A stretch of 45,352 bases of DNA from a virus (taxonomy: Duplodnaviria > Caudoviricetes): IMG/VR virus record IMGVR_UViG_3300012940_000043, positions 1-45,352 of that record; one strand, written 5' to 3'. The first letter of the stretch is position 1. Every line of letters begins with the position of its first letter. Positions 35,506 to 42,742 of this stretch are shown piece by piece. Under the pieces are notes generated by a model. That model made no database searches. It saw nothing but the letters and a program-made list of their open reading frames with translations, and was not told the origin of the DNA. Made by a program: the position numbers and the translations under genes.

Positions 35506-35877
35506 TTGCCCTTCAACGGGCCGGTGGCGTTCGCTGAGACAGGCGAGCGCCGCAACGGCCAACCCGTAGGCGTGCTCACCGCCCCGCTGGTCTACGATAA
35601 CGTCCAGCTCGACACCCTCCATGTGGTCGTCCCGCCCGGCTACAAGTTCGACGGCGCGACCCTCCCACCCTACGTCCGCTGGCTCCTGAAGCCGCGGGAC
35701 CCGCGGTACTTCCGCGCCTCCATCATCCACGACTACATGCTCGACCACCGGCAGTTCTACACGGCCACCCGCGCGGACTCCGCCTTCGTGGCCGCCGCCA
35801 TCGAGGATGGCACGCCGCCATGGCTGGCCAAGCTGATGATGGCCGCGGTCAAGCTCCACCGCTTCCTGTTCCACTAG
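35506..35877 (+). CDS. DUF1353-like protein
   Basis: VPPGYKFDGATLP...ASIIHDY...RADSAF...AAVK. Confidence 0.8.
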   Translation: MPFNGPVAFAETGERRNGQPVGVLTAPLVYDNVQLDTLHVVVPPGYKFDGATLPPYVRWLLKPRDPRYFRASIIHDYMLDHRQFYTATRADSAFVAAAIEDGTPPWLAKLMMAAVKLHRFLFH

Positions 35878-36004
35878 GCCGATTTCCCGGCCCTACGGGC
35901 CCCTCGGGTTGCCCCGGCTACTACCCTAGCCGGGCACCCGAGATCGGCCGCCACGGGCCGTCCAGCGCGGCCTCTGGGCATATTCAGAGACCGACCTTAG
36001 CTCA

Positions 36005-37747
36005 GTGACCTCCAAAGATATCCTCCAGGGGGACTTCCTCAAGTTCCTCTGGTACGTCTGGACCAACATCCTGGCGCTCCCAGCGCCGGATCGCATCCAG
36101 CTCGACATCGGCCGGTATCTAGCCGGCGGCCCCAGCAAGCGGTTCATCCAGGCGTTCCGGGGGGTCGGTAAGTCCTTCCTGACGTGCGCCTACGTGGTGT
36201 GGCGGCTGTGGAAGGAGCCCAACCTCAAGGTGCTCATCGTCTCCGCGGGCGAGGACCTCGCGGTCGAGAACGCCTCCCTCATCCAGCAGATCATCTACCA
36301 CCCGGCCGGCGACGAGCTGTGGGCCGAGCTGCGCGGCGGTCGCCGCTCCTCGACCCTGGCCTTCGACGTCGGCAACTGCGTCCCCGACAAGAGCCCGAGC
36401 GTGAAGTGCGCCGGCATCACCGGGCAGATCACTGGTTCGCGCTCCGACATCTTGATCTCCGACGACGTCGAGGTCCCGAAGAACTCCGAGACGGAGACCC
36501 AGCGGGACAAGCTCCGCCGCCTGACGGGCGAGTATGGCGACATCGCCAAGCCCGGCTCCGAGATCATCTACCTGGGCACGCCCCAGAGCATGGAGTCCAT
36601 CTACAAGGGTCTCCCCGAGCGCGGCTACGACGTCCGAATCTGGCCCGCCCGTTACCCGCTGGCTTCCCGCCTGGGCAACTACCTGGGCACCCTCGCGCCG
36701 CTCCTGCTCGCCGACATCGAGGCCGACCCGGACCTCTGCAAGGACACCGGCACGGGCACCGGGGGAGCCCCGACCAACCCCGTCCGGTTCAACGAGCTGG
36801 AGCTGATCCGCAAGGAGGCGGAGCGCGGCAAGGCCGGCTTCCTCCTGCAGTACCAGCTCGACACCTCCCTCGCCGACGCCGACCGCTACCCGCTCAAGAC
36901 CCGTGACCTCATCGTGACCGACGTGGACCGGAAGGTGGCCCCGATGCGTCTCGTGTGGGGCAGCGGGCCAGACCAGATCATCAAGGACCCCGCGCTGCCC
37001 AACGTGGGCTTCGATGGGGACCGCCTGTGCCGGCCGGTGTTCACCTCCCCGGAGTTCTCCGAGTTCACCGGCTCGGTCATGCACATCGACCCCTCGGGCC
37101 GCGGCAAGGACCGCACGGCCTACGTGGTCACCAAGTTCCTCAACGGCTACGTGTTCATCCGGCGCTGGGGCGGGTTCCCGGACGGCTACTCCCCGGAGAC
37201 CCTGCAGCGGATCGCCGAGATCGCGGCCGAGGAGGAGGTCAACCTCATCTGCACCGAGGACAACTTCGGGGACGGTATGTTCGCCCGCCTCCTGGAGCCC
37301 GTGGTCGCCCGCCGCCGGCCAACGCCGGTCGAGGGCTACAAGGTCTCGGGGCAGAAGGAGGTCCGTATCCTCAACTACGTACGTCCCACCCTGGAGCAGC
37401 ACCGGCTGGTGCTCGACGCCACGGTGGCCCGCATGGACCTCGCCCAGCCCGACACGGTTCACCGGGGGCTGTATCAGCTCACGCACCTGACGGATGCCCG
37501 TGGGGCGCTGCGTCACGACGACCTCATCGACGTCCTGGCCCAGGCCCTCGCCTACTGGACCCCGTACATGAACGCCGACGCCCTCAAGGCGGAGGAGACG
37601 TGGAAGCGGAAGCAGGAGGAGGAGTTCGAGCGGGAGTTCTTCGCTGGCACCATCATCGGGGCCGGGCTGGGGAAGCCCACCGGCCAACGACGGGCACCGG
37701 GCAGGAACCTGAGGGGGACCCGGAGGGGAACCTGGGGGAGAGCCTGA
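36005..37747 (+). CDS. gp19: Terminase large subunit
   Basis: QAFRGVGKS Walker A, GQITGSRSD...DDVEVP, LGTPQ, IDPSGRGKD nuclease motif, HDD.ID. Confidence 0.96.
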   Translation: MTSKDILQGDFLKFLWYVWTNILALPAPDRIQLDIGRYLAGGPSKRFIQAFRGVGKSFLTCAYVVWRLWKEPNLKVLIVSAGEDLAVENASLIQQIIYHPAGDELWAELRGGRRSSTLAFDVGNCVPDKSPSVKCAGITGQITGSRSDILISDDVEVPKNSETETQRDKLRRLTGEYGDIAKPGSEIIYLGTPQSMESIYKGLPERGYDVRIWPARYPLASRLGNYLGTLAPLLLADIEADPDLCKDTGTGTGGAPTNPVRFNELELIRKEAERGKAGFLLQYQLDTSLADADRYPLKTRDLIVTDVDRKVAPMRLVWGSGPDQIIKDPALPNVGFDGDRLCRPVFTSPEFSEFTGSVMHIDPSGRGKDRTAYVVTKFLNGYVFIRRWGGFPDGYSPETLQRIAEIAAEEEVNLICTEDNFGDGMFARLLEPVVARRRPTPVEGYKVSGQKEVRILNYVRPTLEQHRLVLDATVARMDLAQPDTVHRGLYQLTHLTDARGALRHDDLIDVLAQALAYWTPYMNADALKAEETWKRKQEEEFEREFFAGTIIGAGLGKPTGQRRAPGRNLRGTRRGTWGRA

Positions 37748-37842
37748 GGTGAACCCTGAGGGGTATAGACCCTACCCTATACCCTACCCTACCTCCTGAT
37801 GGGTGAACCAACAGGTGAACCTACGGGTATACCCTGAGGGTT
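37743..37842. repeat. Cluster of short repeats at the probable genome-end (concatemer junction) region
   Basis: CCTGAGG x3, GGTGAACC x3, ACCCTA x4 right after terL, at the start of a long non-coding stretch. Confidence 0.6.
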
Positions 37843-38592
37843 TAGATAGTGAGGGGAGGCTGGATTTCAAGACCTCCTCCCCTCCTATTCCTCCCAGCCA
37901 AGGGGGTCTTCCTGCCAACGGCAGGCCGGATCGTTTTTGGGTCGGATTTCCGACAGCCCATACCGCGTGACCAAGTTTCCGTAGTCCCCCCAGGCCCCCA
38001 CCTAGCCCCCGGGGGCATACCCTGAGGGCTACCCCTGGGGCCGCGTTGGCATAGGGGCTCGGCACGGCGATTGCCAAGCGATTGGTTTTGTTGAGCTTTG
38101 ATGCCTCTAGGAATGCCAAGGCCGGGCGGGCAGGGCTCCTGAGGAGCACGGCAGGGGCAACCGGCGGGGCTGGCCTTGGACCCTGATGCTCCGGCCCGCG
38201 CCCTTGATGCCCCCTGCTTTTTTCGCCCCAGCCAACCCGGTCCCCTCGTGGTTCTCCTGCCGGGTCTCCTGCCGGGTCTCCGCGCGTCCGCCCTGCGGCT
38301 GGGGAGCCGGGAACATCGGGATGCCCTGCCGCGCCTCCCTGGGGCTCACTGGCGGGCTTCCTGGGGTTGGCCGCTGGGGTAGTAGCCGGACGCCCTGGCG
38401 GGGCTCCCTGGGGCCTCCCTGGGGCTTTGCGGCGGGGGGCACCATGGCCGCGCGTATGTGCGGGCGGGGGCAGGGGGGACCGGGGGAGCCCCTGCATTTT
38501 TTTCCTGAGTCAAAACAGGGAGTTGTGAGATTTCGGTCCATTTTGTGGACTTCTGGCTTTCCTCATTCGATGATCTAGCGCATATGTCGGCT

Positions 38593-38901
38593 TGTCGCTT
38601 CGGCGGCACGGCCACTCCTCCCCGGCCAAGCATAGGGGCTAGCGCCCTGGGGAGGTCACCAACATCGGTTCCTCGGGACCGTGGCGGGGGCGTTAGGTTG
38701 AGCTGGCGTCCCTGGGGCCTTCGGGCCTCGCCGTGAGGCGCTACGGGAGCAACGGGACCTCGGGAGGCGGAGCGGGTACTGCGGCGCGCGGCTTGGTCGG
38801 CGCAGGCGGTTCCCGGGTAACTCCGCCCGGCGGGCTCGACCGCCGCACCCTCCCGAGTGGGGCTAGCCTTGAGAAGGCTTAACGGGGTTGGTGATGGCGT
38901 C
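38593..38901 (+). ncRNA. Unassigned large structured RNA (about 310 nt) ending at the hammerhead 1 cleavage site
   Basis: At least 9 stems, including two UUCG and one GUGA tetraloop, closed by the long-range pair 38656-38663/38887-38894. No credible ORF. Confidence 0.6.
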
Positions 38902-38951
38902 CGCGGCTGATCCGCCGCGCTGATGAGGGCTAGGGAGGCCCGAAACGCCAT
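38894..38951 (+). ncRNA. Hammerhead ribozyme 1 (type III), predicted cleavage after C38901
   Basis: ATGGCGT-C-CGCGGC[TGATCC]GCCGCG-CTGATGA-GGGC[TAGGGAG]GCCC-GAA-ACGCCAT. Confidence 0.93.
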
Positions 38952-39033
38952 GGAACTTCTGTCTGGTCTCGCCGTGATCTTCGGGCTGACCCTCGGCCCG
39001 TTCATCATCGAAACGATTACGGGGCCGCGCTGA
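38950..39033 (+). CDS. Possible 27-aa hydrophobic peptide MELLSGLAVIFGLTLGPFIIETITGPR
   Basis: ATG lies in hammerhead stem III, GGGAGG lies in loop II, and the stop forms a TGATG overlap with the next gene. Confidence 0.5.
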   Translation: MELLSGLAVIFGLTLGPFIIETITGPR

Positions 39034-39260
39034 TGAACCGCGAACGCCGCAAGCTACTGGAGCGGGCCTCGGCCCTCCGGGATGAGGCTCTTGCCCTCCT
39101 AGAGGAGGTCCGCGACGGGGAGCAAGACGCTTTCGACAACATGCCCCCGAGCTTCCAAGAGGGGGAGCGGGGAGCGGCTATGCAAGAGACGCTTAGCGCC
39201 CTGGACGACGTCATCGGCACCCTAGAGGACCTGGATATCCTCGCCATTGGGGAGGGCTGA
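39033..39260 (+). CDS. Early hypothetical protein (75 aa, acidic, helical)
   Basis: MN.ERRK...EQDAFDNMP.SFQ.GERG pattern seen in phage proteins. Confidence 0.75.
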   Translation: MNRERRKLLERASALRDEALALLEEVRDGEQDAFDNMPPSFQEGERGAAMQETLSALDDVIGTLEDLDILAIGEG

Positions 39261-39308
39261 CGACGCATCCATGACTACCTGCCCTCGGCTTTCTAGCCGG
39301 GGGCTTTG

Positions 39309-39363
39309 CGCGTCCGGGGGTGATGCTCCCCCGCTGATGATGGCCGAGCACGGCCGAAACGCG
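39309..39363 (+). ncRNA. Hammerhead ribozyme 2 (type III), predicted cleavage after C39314
   Basis: CGCGT-C-CGGGGG[TGATGCT]CCCCCG-CTGATGA-T-GGCCG[AGCA]CGGCC-GAA-ACGCG. Confidence 0.9.
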
Positions 39364-39392
39364 ACCAACAAGAGAAACGAGAGGGGACAACC

Positions 39393-39497
39393 ATGAGCCC
39401 GCGAGTGACCTTGCGTGAGAGAAGAAGACGGCGCGAGCCCTGGGGGCTCCGCCGGAGAAGACGAGGGCCTCCCGACGAGGCCCCGCGACACCCCTGA
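39393..39497 (+). CDS. Possible 34-aa arginine-rich peptide MSPRVTLRERRRRREPWGLRRRRRGPPDEAPRHP
   Basis: GAGAGGGG RBS and A-rich leader directly after hammerhead 2. Confidence 0.45.
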   Translation: MSPRVTLRERRRRREPWGLRRRRRGPPDEAPRHP

Positions 39498-39565
39498 GTA
39501 AGCCCAGCGGCTGACTTCCTGATGAGCCGGACGGTTGGCGTCCGGTTCATGTGGGAGCCTGAGAC

Positions 39566-40081
39566 ATGCTGAAGCCCTTTGACACCGGCCTTAACGTGGC
39601 CGTTCTCCAAATCGCCTCCCAACTGTTCCCGACAGGGTACGATGTTGGGCCGGAAGCTCCTGACACCCTGCAGAAACTGACGGCGCACATTTCGGCCACC
39701 GGCCGGATGCTCGTCTGGAACGGCGAGAGCGACGCGACCATCTTCGGAGACCCGGAAGTCAACTGGGCCTTCCGCGCGTGGCATGACTGGGCTCACTGGG
39801 CCGGGCAGTTCCCGTTCGACCTCGCCGGGGAGACCAAGGCGGCCGAGCTTCAGGTGTTCCACCTTGTGAAGCTCTATGGAGCCACTGACCGCGTCGTCGG
39901 CTGGGCCTCCCTGATCCTGGCCGAGGTCATCGGGCAGGCGTTCGCGTTCGACCGCACGGGCGAGTTCCCAAAGGATCAGCGGGCGTTTACCCGCCACGTC
40001 GCGCCGAGCTACCGCCGCCGCGCGCAAGAGCTTGTCGAGTCGTTCGCCGCCGACCTCTCCAAGGCGAAGCTCGCCGCGTAA
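39566..40081 (+). CDS. Early hypothetical protein (171 aa, FRAWHD motif)
   Basis: GGGAG RBS, possible metal-binding NWAFRAWHDWAH...E motif. Confidence 0.8.
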   Translation: MLKPFDTGLNVAVLQIASQLFPTGYDVGPEAPDTLQKLTAHISATGRMLVWNGESDATIFGDPEVNWAFRAWHDWAHWAGQFPFDLAGETKAAELQVFHLVKLYGATDRVVGWASLILAEVIGQAFAFDRTGEFPKDQRAFTRHVAPSYRRRAQELVESFAADLSKAKLAA

Positions 40082-40121
40082 CCCCTGAGCAAGCCCAGCG
40101 GTCTCCCCCGGCCGCTGGGCC

Positions 40122-40174
40122 GCGTCCGCCCCTGAAGCCGGGGCGCTGATGAGGGCCGGGCACGGCCGAAACGC
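40122..40174 (+). ncRNA. Hammerhead ribozyme 3 (type III), predicted cleavage after C40126
   Basis: GCGT-C-CGCCCC[TGAAGCC]GGGGCG-CTGATGA-G-GGCCG[GGCA]CGGCC-GAA-ACGC. Confidence 0.9.
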
Positions 40175-40225
40175 ATCCTGACAACCTGAAGGAGGCCCGC
40201 CGGGAAACCCGCGGGGTGATCCGCT

Positions 40226-41158
40226 ATGCGTCGCGTGTTCGATAACGCCATGGTGGCCCACGTCTGGGCTCAACAGGAGCAACCGGAGGGCCGCAGCCAC
40301 AACGGCAACTTCTACTTTGAGGGGCCGACCCTCTACAGCTACGGGGCGCACTACGTGGTGGGCCGCTTCGTCCAGAATGATCGGGGCCAGCGCGCCGTTC
40401 TCCTGAACACCCGTTCCTATTTTCCCACCACGACGAGCCACAAGGGCCTCGCCGAGGAGGCGGTCCATGGGCTGGGCCTGCCGATCTTCCACGTTCCGGG
40501 AGCGACGGTCGGCCACGCCGACAACCTGAGGTACTACGCGGAGGCCGCTGGCAGGGCCGCGGCGACCGCGAGGCGTGCGCATATGGAGTGGAGCCGCGCC
40601 GCCAACAATGAGCGCGCGATGGCTCTCTTGTCGGAGGCCCGCCATTACGCCCGGTTCTTTGCTCTGGACTGGAACGAGCCGGGGCTTGACGGGCTGGCCG
40701 AGGCGGCCGAGGCGGAGGCCGCGCGGGCCGTCGCGGTCGCCCGCCGTCGCCTCGCCGAAAAGCGCGAGAGTGACCGGAGGGCGTTCGAGGAGTGGCTCGC
40801 CGGTGTTCGGGACCACTGCCCGCCCGCCTACGCCATCGACAAGCGCGGGTCTGTCTACATGCGCGCCCGTGGCGACGTCCTGGAGACGTCCCGGGGCGCG
40901 TCGGTGCCCCTGGGGCACGCACTGAAGGTGTTCCGCTTCGTCAAGCGGTGCCGGGAAGCCGGGGAGGAGTTCCGGGCGAACGGCCGGACCATTCGCGTGG
41001 GCCATTTCCAGGTGTCCAAGATCACGGCCCAGGGCGACATGGTCGCGGGCTGTCACTACCTGTCGTGGGAGCGCATCGCCGAGGTCGCCGCAGCCATCGG
41101 GGTTCTGGACCTGGAGCCCAGCTCGGAGGCGGTCGAGGTTCGGCCGGGGGCGGCATGA
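40226..41158 (+). CDS. Early hypothetical protein (310 aa)
   Basis: Long ORF with GGGGTGA RBS and phage-like motifs (NFYFEG.TLYSYG.H, ETSRGA.VP, AGCH). Confidence 0.82.
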   Translation: MRRVFDNAMVAHVWAQQEQPEGRSHNGNFYFEGPTLYSYGAHYVVGRFVQNDRGQRAVLLNTRSYFPTTTSHKGLAEEAVHGLGLPIFHVPGATVGHADNLRYYAEAAGRAAATARRAHMEWSRAANNERAMALLSEARHYARFFALDWNEPGLDGLAEAAEAEAARAVAVARRRLAEKRESDRRAFEEWLAGVRDHCPPAYAIDKRGSVYMRARGDVLETSRGASVPLGHALKVFRFVKRCREAGEEFRANGRTIRVGHFQVSKITAQGDMVAGCHYLSWERIAEVAAAIGVLDLEPSSEAVEVRPGAA

Positions 41159-41250
41159 GCCGTCCCCCGCCTGACGTCCTGTTGGCCCTGGGGTGCATCG
41201 CCCTGGGGCTCCTGGCGCTGGCCTCGTGGCTGGCCGCCTTCGTCTTCTAG
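41155..41250 (+). CDS. Small membrane peptide (31 aa, MSRPPPDVLLALGCIALGLLALASWLAAFVF)
   Basis: ATGA overlap, single TM helix. Confidence 0.5.
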   Translation: MSRPPPDVLLALGCIALGLLALASWLAAFVF

Positions 41251-41262
41251 CAAGAGAGCGCG

Positions 41263-41511
41263 ATGAACGGAGCACGGAAGCGGCTGATCCGCCGCCTGCG
41301 CCGGAACTTCGACGCGTTCGACCTCCATGACAGCAACGCCATGGTGGACAAGGACTATCGGCTGGTCCTGACCGACCCCGTCTATGGTCCCGCGGTCAAC
41401 CCCGCCCTGACCAAGGCGGAAGCCCGCTCGCTCTACGTCCGGTCTGCCCGCCTGCCGGACGGCGGGCTCCGGCCCGCACCCCCTGAGTTAGCCCAGCGTT
41501 TAGCCGCCTGA
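41263..41511 (+). CDS. Early hypothetical protein (82 aa)
   Basis: GAGAG RBS. Its TGA stop lies inside the hammerhead 4 core. Confidence 0.65.
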   Translation: MNGARKRLIRRLRRNFDAFDLHDSNAMVDKDYRLVLTDPVYGPAVNPALTKAEARSLYVRSARLPDGGLRPAPPELAQRLAA

Positions 41512-41558
41512 CGAGCCGGTGAGACCCCGGCGAAACCGCCCGCCTGGGCGGTCGCGGC
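41503..41558 (+). ncRNA. Hammerhead ribozyme 4 (type I), predicted cleavage after C41553
   Basis: GCCGC-CTGACGA-GCCGG[TGAGACC]CCGGC-GAA-ACCGCCC[GCCT]GGGCGGT-C-GCGGC. Confidence 0.92.
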
Positions 41559-41595
41559 CCCGTGCCTGCACCACAACCACAACTGCATCGGAGAG

Positions 41596-42066
41596 ATGAC
41601 CATGTCCTTGGTCCAGTTCGCCGCAGTGCTGACCCGGAATGGCACGGATGGCCGTGTCTACGGGGGCGACTGTAACCTCGTGCATATCGAGGACCACACC
41701 CGGCGGGACTTCGGCCGGGACCTCGCGTTCCAGGTCGAGCACATGATGCGCCACCGCGACCCGGCCTTGCGCCGCCAGAGCGCGGGCGAGCTGGACGGCG
41801 GCGGCTACCCGGGAGCGCGAGAGTTCGCGCCGGCCGCGGGCGTGGTCATCGACTGGACGCGGCCCCTCTGCCCCGGCTGCTACATGATCGCCCTGTTCAA
41901 CGCCGCCGTGGAGCTGGTGCGGGCGAACGGCCAGCCCCTGGCCGAGCTGGGCCGGACCATGGCGCAGGCGTTCTCGCGCCTCGCCGAGGAGACCGTGATC
42001 TCCGCGGCCTACGAGGCGTGCCTCATCGAGGAGATCGCCGTGATCCTGGACGGAGACGCCGAATGA
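41596..42066 (+). CDS. Early hypothetical protein (156 aa, CPGC motif)
   Basis: GGAGA RBS, directly downstream of hammerhead 4. Confidence 0.78.
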   Translation: MTMSLVQFAAVLTRNGTDGRVYGGDCNLVHIEDHTRRDFGRDLAFQVEHMMRHRDPALRRQSAGELDGGGYPGAREFAPAAGVVIDWTRPLCPGCYMIALFNAAVELVRANGQPLAELGRTMAQAFSRLAEETVISAAYEACLIEEIAVILDGDAE

Positions 42067-42503
42067 CGCACGCCGATCTCGTTTCCCTCATGCTCCGGGG
42101 CTCGGCGGGGGCCTTCTTCGCCTCCTCGGGGTATCACAAGCTGTTCGTGCGCGAGGTCCACGAGCGGCTGGTCGGGCTGTTCAAGCGGCTCGGCTGCTAC
42201 AGCCCCGTCACCGAGTGACTGGTCCCTGCCGGGGAGTTCCTCGGGGGCCTCGGGCTGTTGGCTGGGGTGCTGACCCTGCCGGCCGCCGCCGGTCTCATCG
42301 TGATCCTGGCCGGCGCGATCTACCTGGACTGCTTCCGGGAGGTCGCCGCCAAGCGCCCGCGAGACCCGTGCGACTGGGTCGCGAAGGTCCTCTATATGCC
42401 TGAGGCCCAGCTCGTGATCCTGCTCCTGGCGATCATCATCCTGGGGCCGGGCGTCATGAGCGGCGACCACCTCCTCGGGCTCCTGCTCGGGAGGTTCGGA
42501 TGA
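42063..42503 (+). pseudogene. DoxX-family membrane protein interrupted by an in-frame TGA at 42216-42218
   Basis: LR...GAFFASSGYHKL...E*LVPAGEFLGGLGLLAGVLT..AA...LGPG..S.D is one continuous DoxX-like frame across the stop. Confidence 0.75.
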
Positions 42504-42742
42504 GGGGCCTGCCTCCCGGTCACCCGCCCGCGCGGGGCCATCGCCTGAACCTCGTGTTTCACGCCTGCCTCGGCTCGGCCATGGCCCTGGCCGTGGTGGA
42601 CGTTGGGTTGGTCGTCGTCGTCCAGCACTTCCTCCCCGGAACCCTGCGTGACTACGTCGAGAGCCTGCACGGCCCGCTCACCTCCTGGGTGGGCTTCCTC
42701 GGTACGGGCGCTGCGGTCCTGGACCGCTTCGTCCGCATCTGA
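42500..42742 (+). CDS. Small membrane protein (80 aa)
   Basis: GGGAGG RBS, ATGA overlap, two hydrophobic segments. Confidence 0.62.
   Translation: MRGLPPGHPPARGHRLNLVFHACLGSAMALAVVDVGLVVVVQHFLPGTLRDYVESLHGPLTSWVGFLGTGAAVLDRFVRI

Noticed and set aside
787-37687. Long minus-strand ORFs (e.g. 787-2853, 10101-11567, 19958-21532, 36119-37687; also 39293-41275 and 43727-45109)
   Set aside because: They are antisense shadows of GC3-rich plus-strand genes, with no motifs or RBS.
37805-37820. GAAC-CAACAGGT-GAAC as a second LexA box
   Set aside because: The spacer is 8 nt rather than 7, and it is part of the GGTGAACC terminal repeats.
38766-38845. Twister-like words (GCGGAG, TAACTCCGCC) inside the large structured RNA
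   Set aside because: I could not find the P4 stem-loop and pseudoknot partners needed for a twister. Treated as part of the unassigned RNA, pending a covariance search.
39519-39550. Possible fifth hammerhead (CTGATGA-GCCGG...)
   Set aside because: No GAAA, stem III or cleavage triplet. It folds as a simple hairpin and is reported separately.
39281-41558. CRISPR-like or diversity-generating retroelement interpretation of the repeated early-region motifs and the Mtd-like fibre
   Set aside because: The repeats are hundreds of bases apart with genes in between. There is no cas gene, no reverse transcriptase and no template/variable repeat pair.
42216-42218. Genome-wide stop-codon reassignment or selenocysteine at the DoxX TGA
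   Set aside because: TGA is the ordinary stop for many genes here, and there is no suppressor tRNA or evident SECIS-like context.
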